From Octopus vulgaris (Eukaryota): a stretch of DNA of 64,000 nt. A program made the translations under genes and the position numbers. The notes below the pieces were generated by a model. That model worked only from the letters and a program-made list of their open reading frames with translations, was not told where the DNA came from and searched no databases. The stretch is from contig OX597821.1 of the NCBI GenBank assembly GCA_951406725.2, positions 48,484,001 to 48,548,000 on the forward strand, given 5' to 3'. Positions 1-12,776 of the stretch are shown piece by piece (position 1 is the first letter of the stretch; each line of letters begins with the position of its first letter).

Positions 1-1737
1 CATCTGTGAAGATGTCACACTCCTTTTATCACTGGCATGCTCAAACTCAGTTAGTGAAGCAAACTCTTTTAGTTAGAGAATTTTACCTCTGTTACTGAGT
101 TTTAGCAGATCTCCTATGTTTAATAGCAATATGGGTGTGATATCTGTGTGGGTGTTACTGGTGTTAGTGGTGGCTGTCTTGGGCCCATAATCTGAGGTGG
201 TCTTGTGCACTGAAATGCATAGCTTTGATTTTGTATTTTTGGCATCCATATCAGCTGCTGCACTCTCTTCTGGGCCATGTTCAGAAAAAGCTTGTTGCTT
301 GATAGCTGCAGTTCATACAGCCACTACATATTGCCTTTTGAGGGGTGCGGAGGCGATATAGTGATTTCTTTTCCTATTGTTATCCCTGCATCTTCCCGTT
401 GGTGCACTATTAGCCTGTAGGTTCATGTCTGACAATTTCCCTCTTCTACATTTTTGCTGGTTTTGTTTTGGTCAGTTACCCTGTTTCTTGTTTTGATGAG
501 GCTTAAGATGGGCAAAACTGCAGTTGATCCCCTTTTCTCTATGTCAGAAGGTGCCATTTAAATAAAATTTACAGACAATCTTGGCTCTGTCAGTTTCTTT
601 CCTTGTATTTGTTCATTTTCCCTTTTGGTGTTTCAGGTTTTTGCCTTTGTTCTTGTCTTTGTTTTTGGTTTCGGGTTTAAGGGCATCACTTTTCTTGGCT
701 GCATTGCTTATTTGTCTATCTCTGTTTTTCACTACAATTCTGTTTTGACTGTTGTTGTTGCTGCTTTTATTACTGTTTTTAAGATGGTTGGTATTCATGG
801 TTGCTTTTGTGATGCCGTCTGTTTGTCCTTCATGGGTTTGAAGACATACAGCATTGTCATTGATCACTTCATCTTTTTCCTTCATAATGCTGTCTAGGAG
901 GTCAAGATGAGGGATGAAGTGGTGAGAACCAATCTCAGGGTGTTATGGCTCACAGAGGAAATAAGTATGGATGTCTGGTGATATGAGGTTCTAAAGAAGA
1001 ACTACCCAAATTACCGAAACTGAATTCTAGAAGCATTGTGTCCCACTCACACTTAACAATAAACTTTCCACACACCCTACACCAAGAAACCAAACTGCAT
1101 CCCATCTTCTAAACTGCATCTTTCATTTCCTCACATTTCTTCTTCATACACTATGATTTTCTCCTACCCCACTTCCCAGCCCTCACTGCTCTGCTCACTT
1201 TATCACTGCTTTCCTCCACCCCGTCTTTATACCTAAGTTTTCACCAGTCACTGCAATCCCCACTCCCTACCTTGAGCACATGCCCTGGTAATTGCCACCA
1301 TTTATCTCTTTCTCTCTTACTCTACCATTACATCTATGCACTGATACTTGTTACTTATGAGTATACCTGGCACTTCACCACCATCTCTCTCCTGCTCTCT
1401 CTTGCAGGATAGCCATGTATCTCTGCTACAGCAGCACACATGCTTCTGCCTTCATCCTGGTTCACTCTCTCCCTCTCTTTCTCCTTCTCTTGCTTTTCCC
1501 TATAGACAAGCAACTAAGTATCCCCTTTACATCAGCACACCTGTTTCTGCCCTCTTTCTTGTACCTCTCTATCTTTCTTCCTTCTCTCCTTCTCTCTCTG
1601 GCCAGGTAACCATCTATCTCCTCTATTGCAAGACACCTGTTGCTGCCTCTCTGTTTCTTTGTCACACTCTAACTTTTCCTCATCTGACACAAAATACTCT
1701 CCTCCAATACCCCCATCCTTCTCGAAATTCCTTGTCT

Positions 1738-2060
1738 TGCAAGTTACCTGGTGACCCTGCAGGTGCTGGTGTCATGTAAAAACCATCCAGTCTACACTGA
1801 AAAGTGGTTGGCATTTGGAAGGGCATCCAGCTCTAAAAATCATGTCAAAACTAACCTTGCCAGTGCTAGTACCACATAAAAAGTACTCAGTCCACTTTGC
1901 AGAGTGGTTGGTGTTAGGAAGGGTACCCAGCTGTAAAAAACATGTCAAAACAGACAGTAACTTGAGGTAGTGTTCTACCTGGCCAGCTCCTGTCAACCAT
2001 CTTACCCATGCCCGTATAGAAGACAGATGTTAAACGACGACGACGATGATGATGATGATG
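1738..2060 (+). mobile_element. RTE-type LINE (family 1) 3' end with (GAC/GAT)n tail
   Basis: Ends ...ccatgcccgtatagaagacagatgttaaacgacgacgacgatgatgatg. The same 3' end terminates the RTE copy at 18775-20370 and the fragments at 20625, 27700 and 36073. Confidence 0.7.
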
Positions 2061-2772
2061 AAGGAAAAGGAAAATTCAATGAGAGTCTGAAATAAAAAGG
2101 AGAGAGAAGGAAAGGCAGAATCATTGTGTGCTAAAATGAATTGGAGAATTTAACTTTAAGAACATTCAATGAGAGAGTAAAAGCAATGTCCATTAAGTGT
2201 TTAAAATGAATTGAAATATTTAACTTTAGGATTGTTCAATGAGAGAGGAAATGAGAAAATTTTGTGACAAAAAGCTGAGAGAAGGAGGAGTGGTGTCGTG
2301 TGCTGAAACGATTTGAAATAGTGAACTTTAGGAATGTTCAATGGGATAAGTGAAGTAGAGGTCATGAGCAAGAAAAAGTGAAAACAAGTGACTGAAATTG
2401 TGGGATAAACAGAATTAAAATATTTAACTTCAAAGAATTTTAAATTCGATACTTACTTATCTTACATTATAATTCTTGTGAGAGGGAGGAGAAAGAAACT
2501 TACAGTGAGATTCGTTTAAATGAAGATTTAGCTTGAGTATAAAAGCATGTGTTACCAGAAAAACAGTTTTGTTTTTGCAATAATTGTTTAAAGAGACCAA
2601 ACAACACATTCACGTTAAAATATCAAGTAAGAAACTCCTTTGATATATGAATTACTGAAATGGATCTAATATTTCTTAACACTGATTATCAGCTATTTTC
2701 TAGAAGGAATAGCATGAAAAAAAATACATGCCATCCTACAATGCCAATATTTATATATTTAATATGTATGTA

Positions 2773-2936
2773 TAGGCGCAGGAGTAGCTGTATGGTAAGT
2801 AGCTTGCTTACCAGCTACGTGGTTTCGGGTCCAGTCCTACTGCGTGGCTACTTGGGTGTCTTCTACTATAGCTTAGGGCCGACCAAAGCCTTGTAAGTGG
2901 ATCTGGTGGACGGAAACTGAAAGAAGCTCGTCGTAT

Positions 2937-3017
<81 letters not shown>

Positions 3018-3253
3018 AATATATTATAAAACATATAACTAGATCACAAAAACAAAAAAAAAGAATAAACAAAATATAATAAGTAAAAAGACTACGTACG
3101 TTTCATTGTTATAATTTCAATTCGAATTACAATTAAATTTTAATTTAATCGAAAAACAATTCAATCTAAAAGTATAGTCACTCCTCAGGTCAACAATAAT
3201 AACAATAATCGTTAAATAAATAATCAAATAGAATTAAACAAAATATATATGTA

Positions 3254-3284
<31 letters not shown>

Positions 3285-3549
3285 ATGTATGTATGTATGT
3301 ATGTATGTATGTATGTATGCATACATGTATGTGTGTATAAGTTTGTTTGTTTATATTTGTCCCCACAACATCGCGTGACAACCGATGCTGTGTTTACGTC
3401 CCCGTAACTTAGCGGTTCGGCAAAAGAGACCGATAGAATAAGTACTGGGCCTACAAAGAATACGTCCTGGGGGCGATTTGCTTGACTAAAGGTGATGCAC
3501 CAGCATGGCCGCGGTCAAATAACAGAAATAAGTAAAAGAATAAAAGAAT
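2773..3549 (+). mobile_element. tRNA-headed SINE family A with internal microsatellite, interrupted by a hammerhead-bearing insert at ~3010-3245
   Basis: Head ggcgcaggagtagctgtatggtaagtagcttgct with A/B-box-like motifs, (CA)/(TA) middle, tail ...aagtaaaagaataaaagaat. Matches copies at 21199, 27084, 36809 and 40465. Confidence 0.85.
3090..3191 (-). ncRNA. Type I hammerhead ribozyme motif (PLE-type)
   Basis: Minus strand reads gac-CTGAGGA-g...(long AT-rich stem II hairpin)...t-GAAAC-gtac-GTA-gtc. Stem I is gac/gtc and the stem III loop GTAC is palindromic. Confidence 0.6.
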
Positions 3550-3599
3550 GGATGCTTGAACGGAGACGTGTAGATTTGTGCTGCATCCAAAAAGTAAGG

Positions 3600-4380
3600 T
3601 GGAGAGGAAGCTCTGCGTTCAGTTTCTACGTTCAGTTTTAGTAAGTTTGCTTTGATAGAATTCATCTAGTTTCTTATTGTTAAAAAGATTAGGTGAAACT
3701 GAAAAATCCAAATCTAATATGTTTGTTATTAAATATTTTTGCGTATTTATTGTTTTTGAAGTTTTCATTAATAATTATTCTGATGCATCTAATAAAGTTA
3801 GATTTTAAGTGTTTTGCAAAGGGAATTATTATCCAAATGGTTTTCTCGTTGTTTGCTTTGGTAAAGAATTTGATTGTATTCAGAGAGTCAAATCTTTGCA
3901 TACATGGTATAAATTTATTTTTTACTATATTGTTCCTATCCTTATTAATTAGAGTATTATGGTTATTCATATCATTTCAGTAAATTGTCTTATTTTGATT
4001 ATTCCTCTGTTTTCTGCTTGTTGCCTTAATGTTCCTATTTTTATCTTTAATTATACAGTTATGGTGTACGTTGCCAGTATTTATAGGTTTGTTTATATTA
4101 GTGTGGTTAGGAAGGTGGTAATTATTAAGATTTATATTTTTCTGAGTTCTATTTCTGTTGTAGAGCATGTAATGCATGAGTTTTTTGTACTGTTATTATA
4201 ATGATGATGGTCGTGTTTATTGTTGATGTTATGTTTATGACTATCATTGGGAGTTTTCATTATTTGTTTATTAGGATATACTATTTCATTATATGTATTA
4301 GGTTCACTATTTTTAACTTTATTATTTTTGGAATTATATCTAAATATGATTTCTACGTGTTTATTTACATATGTATATAT
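3600..4380 (-). mobile_element. Penelope-like (Naiad-like) element fragment: Asn-rich region plus RT-to-nuclease linker
   Basis: ORF 3689..3970 contains IWIIIPFAKHLKSNFIRCIRIIINENFKNNKYAKIFNNKHIRFGFFS, homologous to the linker at 16390-16570 that precedes a GIY-YIG domain. Confidence 0.7.
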
Positions 4381-4529
4381 GCATTTGTACATGTATATGC
4401 ATGTGCATAGAACGTGTATATATATGTATATATTTGTGTATCTATATGCTTATATGAGTATGTATACCTCTATATACACATGTGATTACATATACATTCA
4501 CTCTACTCCATATATAAAAACTTAGCCTA

Positions 4530-4875
4530 TAAGTTTGTGTGGGAAGTTTGCATTGTATTTTGCGTGTTTGTACATCTGGAATCAGTTGGTTTGTGGTGGA
4601 TATCAGTTTCAATGTTGGTGTCTTTTTTTATAATAAGAATATCTAGAAATGGAAGTTGGTCTTGACTATATTCCATTGTAAATTGGATATGGTTGTTGAC
4701 ACTGTTGATTAATTTTTTGAATTCATTGAGTTGGCCGAGTGTGTGAGATCATAGGATGAGGCAATCATCCAAGTAGCGTTTCCAATTCTCCAACAGGTAT
4801 TTGTGGGAAGACAGGCTATATTTTGATTTGGATTGCTCATAGATTTTAAGAGTATATCAATGAAGATGTTTAATC
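4530..4875 (-). pseudogene. Penelope-like element reverse transcriptase fragment
   Basis: Manual translation gives KYLLENWKRYLDDCLIL*SHTLGQLNEFKKLINSVNNHIQFTMEYSQDQLPFLDILIIKK, then after a frameshift IETDIHHKPTD. The YLDD, IQFTME, LPFLD and KPTD motifs are typical of PLE RTs. Confidence 0.85.
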
Positions 4876-4879
4876 TACG

Positions 4880-5547
4880 TATACATACACACTGTACAAG
4901 CAATACAAACAAAACACTCACAAAAATACACCCTAACATTTGCACGCACCACACAGAATAATAACATACACACTTGCACTCACACGTACACACACACTTC
5001 GCTACAACAAATATATCACACACACATGTGCACACACACACCCGAAAACTACATAACCACACCCACATACACACACACACACACACACAAACGCATACTC
5101 AGTACAAACATGCACAGTACGTACACGCACACACATACACACCACCCGGATAAACGTAACACACACAGACACATACAAAACCCCTGACAAATACAACACA
5201 CTCACACACCCACGCACACATACGGTTGCACACACACACACACCACCCGGAGACAATTATAACAACACTAGCATACTCAAACAGACACACACACTCACGT
5301 ACACGCACATATCCCCACCAACACAACACACACAAACATACACACACATACACACGCGAACAAACACATGCACACAAACACATACATACACACATGCGCA
5401 CACGCAGCACCCTGAAAAATACAAATCACACACAAACGTGCACACATATACACGCACCATCCTTCTAAATATAAAACACACACATACACAGAGCCATACA
5501 CACTACAATGAACTCTAAGACTAATAAAAAGAACCACAAACACAAGC

Positions 5548-5579
<32 letters not shown>

Positions 5580-5620
5580 AGAAACGTGCACAGAGACACA
5601 CACACACACACTCACACCAT
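4880..5620. repeat. Degenerate (CA)n/AC-rich low-complexity tract
   Basis: Interrupted CA repeats. They account for all the VC- and HT-rich ORFs here. Confidence 0.85.
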
Positions 5621-6037
5621 TTTGAACTCTAAGACCATTCCCCAAAACCCACTGAACCATGACAGACTAGCCCAGAAACAAAAAAATCCTTTCGATTCCA
5701 CAATGCCCTCCCTCGCCAACCAACCTCCCACGCTATTTCTAAAAATAGCAAACATTTCTTATACACACACAGGAGATGAAGGATGGAATGGTTGGTCATT
5801 TCCCTAAAATTCTGTATAAATACTTAAATATGATTCCTTCTGTATATATGCTTCTATAAAACCGTGATTTTTAATGAACTTAAAAGAGTTATAAATTTAT
5901 TTTACTACCTATTTTGAACACTTTCATGTAAACCGTTTAGACAAAAATCCTATAACATTTTCTTATCATTGTCAAAGATTCTATTTTTAACATTTTCCTA
6001 TCATTATCAAAGACTGTATAACTGTATTTTAATACAT

Positions 6038-6089
6038 TTTACTTTTGATAATCTTTTAAAAAACAAAAAAGTGAAACGCGTCAAGTCAA
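6038..6089 (+). ncRNA. Decayed hammerhead motif
   Basis: tttactt-TTGATAA-tctttt...aaaag-t-GAAAC-gc-GTC-aagtcaa. The 3' core is intact, the 5' core has two substitutions relative to CTGATGA, and stem I has one mismatch. Confidence 0.45.
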
Positions 6090-6184
6090 TAAACATCTTT
6101 AAAAGATCTCTGCATTTTCAAACCCTGCTTCCTATAAATGTATATATATATATATATATTGCTGTATTTAGGGATGGTTATATT

Positions 6185-6270
6185 GAATTGGAACGATCGC
6201 ACTGAAGAGTCCACGGACGATGATTACGTAAGTAAAATCGTTGATGACGAAACCGATCTACGATCAATTC
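6185..6270 (+). ncRNA. Type I hammerhead ribozyme motif (slightly decayed)
   Basis: gatcgca-CTGAAGA-gtc...acgat..ttac gtaa gtaa..atcgt..gac-GAAAC-cg-ATC-tacgatc, with extended pairing gaatt/aattc. ATC stands for GTC and stem I has one mismatch. Confidence 0.65.
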
Positions 6271-7690
6271 TGTATTTTTTATATTTTCATCTGTCTTGCC
6301 CGCTTATGTTCTGGTGTTTGCTGAATTTCTCTAGAGAACATTCCTTTCTTTGTAATGAGATCTTAGGTGATCTTCTAGCATATTGGATGTCCACTTAGTG
6401 GTCATCCCTATTATACGCATGTATTACAATTTTTCTGAATTTTCAGATTTTTCTATATGCTAGGCTACTGGTTTTAAATTGAAATTAAATTAATATTCAA
6501 TTTGTCACCCTCATTATTTAAATATATATATATAGTATAACAAAATTTTATATCTTACCCAAGATCTCGTATTCACAAAGTTAAAGCCTTAAACATAAAA
6601 GACAAAAAGTTTTTAATTTCTATATCATGGACGTGAGGAAACGCTCGGAAAACGAGAAATACGTCTTAACAAAACAAAAAAATAAAACGTTAATGAGGAC
6701 CGGTTATTTCCTCTGAACCAGGAAAAAAAAGAACATCTCTTATAGACCCGGTGCGGCATAACAAGGAAACGGGGAGAACCAATTTCCCATTGAGTAGCGG
6801 TTGAAGTGGACACATTTATAAAACACTTCTTTCCGACCACGTGCCAGATTTCGTATAGTCCTTAAGAATTTTGGCTCTCCCGCGATGTGGAATCTTGCAC
6901 GGTCACTTCCATTAACATATGGGCCCGGATGATCAATTAATTTCCTTCTGATATCGCAGAGATGCCACACATGGCGAGCCAGGGAGTGACAAACTGTCTT
7001 TCTGGGACTCTGAAGGATGATTGGTGATTAAGAAAACGTCGCAGATCCAAAATATTTACAAACATGAGTATTGACCCTGATCGCACCCCTGGTCATTCCA
7101 TCAGTGTTGAAGGTAAGTATTTGGTCATCATCCGCGGTGGCGGTACTGGGAAAAGCGGATACCTCTTCCAAGTCGCGGGGCCTGGATTGGTCATCATTTC
7201 TAGGCCTGGTAATTATACTGGTGGTAACATATGTTGCGGGCCTGGTCACCTTATCTGTGTTTATGGATTATTCCTTATCCGTGGCGGCTGTACCGAGGTC
7301 TTCGGTGACGCTCTCTGTGGTTATTATCTCTTGGAATAGCAATTGTACAGGTGTGAGATCTGGTTAATTTGCTGTTGGATGGTACACTACTGTTATTGCG
7401 GATAGCAGGTCTAGGTATCACCGTAGCCTCATAGGTGACCCCTTCAGCCTCCTACTGGACAGTTATTATATAAGCTGCAAGAGCAACCTGCTTCCTTCCT
7501 TTGTGGGTACTAGTGAAAATGTTCGTGCTGCACGAAGTTTTGTCAGTGAACAGGTCGCGGTCTTAAAGCGACGAAAATATTTTGAAAATTAAATTTAAAT
7601 GTTAAAGTAAATCTAACGGATTTTGTGTGTTTCTTAAATGGCTTATAAACACCTTCCCCGCTGCAATTGTATACATACATTCATATATAC

Positions 7691-7730
<40 letters not shown>

Positions 7731-7759
7731 ATAGTGGACTCTCCCGTCGAATATGACGA

Positions 7760-8030
7760 ATGAGCGTTCACCTTTTGCCAAATGACATGCACAAATTAAT
7801 CGTTTATATTGATTAGATGTTCGTGCCACACTTAAGCTCACTCTCTCCATCAAATCAACGTTGTCCGAACAGGTGCACTGTGTGTTTCGACTCAGGTGTC
7901 GAAGTGATAGCAGAGCAGCATGAGATTGAAGTGTCCTGCTCAATAACACAACGTACCACCTAGTCTACGAATTGAATCCACGATCTCGCGGTCATGTGTC
8001 CAACATTCTAACTACTAAGCCATGCGCCCT
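7760..8030 (-). mobile_element. tRNA-headed SINE family D (diverged)
   Basis: Reverse complement begins gggcgcatggcttagtagttagaatgttggacacatgaccgcgagatcgtggattcaattc, followed by a ttattgagcaggacactt core. Related to 48572-48908. Confidence 0.65.
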
Positions 8031-8536
8031 CATTTCTCATCACCAGTCACTACTCAGTCCAAAAAAGGTTGATTCGGGAGAAGAGCACGCCTTCACTCTC
8101 TGCGCACGATTAGACTCAGAAAGCTTATGAGGAACTCATTGACCCAATTTCGTGGAGCTCTACAAATCTTACAGGATGAGGCTCGTCTTCTAGACTCTAG
8201 GTTCCGGCTCGGAATTTCCATAACAACCGTTGACACTGGCTTATACTTATTGTTCATCCCCCACATACTGCATTAATATTCCTCACACTTTCCGTTGCGT
8301 TGTTGCCTGTATTGGACTCATAAAGCAAAATATGCTAAATATGCTCTTTTGTCACTTCCTTTATAGGTTTGAAAAATAACTTTTAGAATCGAACTGCACT
8401 CTTCAAAACTTGTACTAAGAATAAGTTAAAATTACTACCTGCTTTTATAGCAAGTTTATGCAGGTAGTTTATCCCATCCCCTTCCGACTTCTAGTTCATG
8501 CAATTGAAAAAAAAACTGCGTTATTCATGGGATGAC

Positions 8537-8582
<46 letters not shown>

Positions 8583-8586
<4 letters not shown>

Positions 8587-8814
8587 TCTTTACTACCTAC
8601 AAGGGGCTAAACACAGAGGGGACAAACAAGGACAGACAAAGGGATTAAGTCGATTACATCGACCCCAGTGCGTAACTGGTACTTAATTTATCGACCACGA
8701 AAGGATGAAAGGCAAAGTCGACCTCGGCGAAATTTGAACTCGGAACGTAACGACAGGTGAAATACGGCTACGAATTTCGCCCGGCGTGCTAACGTTTCTA
8801 CCAGCTCGCCCCCT
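8583..8814 (-). mobile_element. tRNA-headed SINE family B
   Basis: Reverse complement reads ggggcgagctggtagaaacgttagcacgccgggcgaaa...gtcgactttgcctttcatcctttc...cccttgtaggtagtaaagaaa. Highly similar to 46212 and 60432. Confidence 0.85.
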
Positions 8815-8826
8815 TATATATATATA

Positions 8827-8859
<33 letters not shown>

Positions 8860-8921
<62 letters not shown>

Positions 8922-8988
8922 GTATGTATGTATCTATATATATATATATATATTGATCAATATAGTGACCACTCTCTTATATTTATTT

Positions 8989-9045
<57 letters not shown>
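8860..9045. repeat. (GATA)n and (TA)n microsatellites
   Basis: Direct reading. Confidence 0.95.
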
Positions 9046-9049
<4 letters not shown>

Positions 9050-11469
9050 CTGCTTGGAACAGGTTATGACTGTGTGATTAAGAAGTTTACTTCCCAGCTA
9101 CATAGTTTCAGGTTCCGTCCCATTGTGTGTAATCCCTAAGTGTGAGTTATGTGTATGATTCTATTCAATCAACTCAGCCTTTACACATAGAAAGCCTTTT
9201 GCCAACCTTGGAAACAAATTCTACCTTTCTGTTACTTCGAGCTGCAGCTGTAATTTAATGTTGAACTATTATAGGTGGGTGGAGTGGACTGTTATAGAGT
9301 GATAGACACAGGGTGTATGCTAATGGTAGAATTTGAATCAGGTACCCTTTAGTTGCTGATGTAACACCTTACCAACTTCATCAGTAAGTTATTGTCAACA
9401 GTAAAGATACATTGTTTTAGATGATAATATCATGTTGATAGAAATGTGTTTCCCCTATTTTGTGTTGTATCTGTAATAATGATATAACAAAAATGTATAT
9501 AAACCCTCTCTCTCTGTCTCTTTCTTTTTCTCTCCATTCCCCAAGCACTGTTCCACAAAATACAAAGTTACTAGTCAAGCATAATTGCATTCACACAGTT
9601 TCTTTTATTCATAGCTTTCTCTCGGTCATAACTTATGCCACAGCAAGGAGCCATTTTTCATTCCACATGACTAACTGAATTTGCATTAAGCCAGCAAAGG
9701 AATTACTAAATGTAACTGATCAATGCTGACATCATCAGAAAAATCCAGAGATTTATAGGTTGGAATCAAACAATAAGAGATAAATGTATTGCTCAGCAGA
9801 CATTCTGCTGTTCTGTTTAACATTTTATGGTTTCTTTACTTCATGTTTAGGGCTATGTTTCTTATAAGTAATCTTAAATATACTTTAAGATGAAGCTTAC
9901 CATTTATACAACCATCAATAAACAAAATGGCTCAGAGTTTGTTTCATTTCCCCTTTATTCTTATTTTTAGTCCTTAGCAGAATAGGATGAAATCAGAGTT
10001 TTAAATAGAACAAAATGTTCTGGAGACATCTTTTAAATGTTGCAGTAGAAATCTGTCTGAAAACTAGTTTTAGAGAAGAAACATCACTGTTATAAAAATG
10101 GTCTTTAATAACTAAATAATGTTAATGATTGGTGATGGAACTTAAAGTGATCGAATCAAAGACATTGCTATTTATTTTGTTTACTGTGGGGAGATTTAAA
10201 GGCGAAGTTGGCCAGTAGAATCTACTGAAATCTGTTTCAGCACCTAGAAATAGCAGCCATGTCTCCATTAAATCACACTCTAACACTCAAGAAAAAAAAT
10301 GAAAGGCAAAGAAAATACATTTCTGAGTTAGTTACAATAATTTATATTTAAAAGAGTTAAAAAGTTGAAATAGTTAATTACAATTTAAAGAAATAAAAAA
10401 ATAAACTGTTCAATTTCTTTGGAATAATTAGCAGAATAGAAAAACTATCTGAAATATAAATTCTTCATGCAAACTGGGAATTACAGCTGTAATTCTAATG
10501 ATTTCAGTGTTTCTATTTCCTCAAATTCTTTTATTCAACATTTGGTATATCTTCTGTGATGGTAGTGATGATGGTGGTTGTTGCAGTAGGGCTGTGCTGC
10601 ACTGAATTAGTCAATTTTTCTAAAAAGTGAATATTGCTTTTTGTAGTTGGTTAGTATTATTTTTGAGTGAAGCAGAACAGTAACAGAGGTGAAAGTTGGC
10701 TTCAAACTGAAAAACAGTGTGCTAAGTTGATAGCCAAAAGGAAAAAGCTTTCAGCTGATGGAGAAAAATGCAGGAAATTATGAATGAATTGGTAAACAAG
10801 GCATTGTCCAATCACACAAAAGTTTCTCAACACTGACAGTGATGTTCTTCTAGAAAAAAATGTGTGTGTAATAAGAAAAAAGTATTTTTCCTGGTCACAG
10901 ATTTGTTTGAACTCCAAGCTATGAAATCAAGAATATAACTACATTGTTCAGATTTTAGAGGTCACCACTTATAGGAAATTAAAGGTGATTTCCTGCAATA
11001 TAATCGGTTATGAATTTTTGTAAGGGAATATTGGCCAGAATTGGACATGTAGTTTTATAAGGAAACTTTATGTTCTGAGTTCAAATCCTACCAAGGTGTT
11101 CTTTGGCTCTCATCCTTCTGGGGGAAGAGGTGTCAATAAAATAAAGTACCTAATCCATGACTACAGGGGAATCAATTTAATCAATTTACTTCTTTCCTTA
11201 AATTAATTGCTTTGTTTCTTTGTAAGAAAGGTCTAATTTAGAAGTTGTGTTCCTTCTCAGCTAACATTTAGCCATATTGCAGGCCAAACAAATATATTAA
11301 TCATTCTGTTCCTACTAGGGTTGATTGGAGTAAACATTAAAGAATATAAACATAAGCTTATGATATCAAAAGGAGTTGGAGTGGGCAACACAGAATTATT
11401 TTCCCAGTGCCAGATTTATCATGGGGTAAATTTGCATTTCTTTGCAATAATTATTGGGTGGGTTTTCTT

Positions 11470-11670
11470 TTACTTGTTTCTGGCATTGGTTTGCAGCACC
11501 ACTTTGTTGGATTTGGGCAAATTAATCGACCCCAGTACTTATTCGTATGCCTGATACTTATTCTATTTTGCCAAAATGATAACTTACAAGAACACAAACA
11601 AACCAACACCAGTTGTCAAGTGGTAATGGGGGTCAAACGCATACACAAAGACATACACATATGGATATAT
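11470..11670 (-). mobile_element. SINE family A, 3' half (probable 5' half at 18397-18555)
   Basis: Diverged aatcgaccccagtactttattc...accaacaccagttgtcaagtggtaatgggggtcaaacgc. The sequence stops at the internal microsatellite. Confidence 0.55.
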
Positions 11671-11819
11671 GTGAGAGGTATTGGCATCCAGAAGGCCCAA
11701 GATGGATGGTAGGTAAGGCTATGTAAGTGCTATAGGAGGACCGTAGTTAGATTCTCAGTTCCATAGTAATACGAGTGAGGAGTCTAATGTGAGTTGTGTA
11801 TAAGCATGTATACCTGTAT

Positions 11820-12724
11820 ATATATATATATATATATATATAAGACAGGATGTGTGTGTGTGTGTACGTGAATGTAGTTTATGCACATCCACAAATTAGC
11901 ACGCATGTCACTCAAATTTTCGGAGGACATTCGTCACGACCCTAGCTGTATTTTTGTCAAATTATTTTTCCCTGAGGCACCCGCGAATAGCGGTAAATAA
12001 TTTTGAGTCATAACAAAATTTTCACGGCGGAGAAATCCACCATTGTTTACAAAACATGAGTTAAGTCTCCTTCTAGCGACGGTGTAATGAGAGGGAAGGA
12101 GAGGGAGAGAGAGAGAGAGAGAGAGGGGGAGGCAGAGATAATAGATTTTTTAAATTTCGTCTTTTTAGCGAGTGATTGACAGACAGGGGTTGTTGTGTAT
12201 GTATGTGTGAATGACTTCAGTCACACACACACACACGAGCATGTATGCGTACAAAACACATGCATGCAATGTGTATGTGTGTGTGTGTTGCCCGTATATA
12301 TATATATACACACAATATAAATATTTCTCCACAACTAATTTCCAAATTAGCTGAATCCGTTGCTCTACTCATAGCGATATATAGCTGGTCGTGCGTGAAC
12401 ATGGGCGAGAGCAGAAGTTACCAGAGCAAAAGACCTACGTGTTGACTGTAGACACGCTCCTTCGCAAACGATCAGCTATTATTTTGTAAACAATGTTTGG
12501 AAAGTGTTCATGTTTTTGAAATGGGAGATCTGACTCTCACATCTCTGCGGGAGAAGGTAGGCTTCTCTATTCCTGTTACAAAACTTCGTCCGGGTGCCAA
12601 ATTTGCTTCAGTTGATGGTATTACTCGGGTAGGAGGTGGTGGTGGGACAGGGGTAGGGGCAAAGGTGTCCAAAAACATGTATGCAATAGGTGTATGTATG
12701 TATATGTTTGTGTGTGTGTGTTGC

Positions 12725-12776
<52 letters not shown>

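Noticed and set aside
5765-5822. Additional hammerhead (agatgaagg...cctaaaattctgta)
   Set aside because: Both core halves are mutated and stem I is not convincing.
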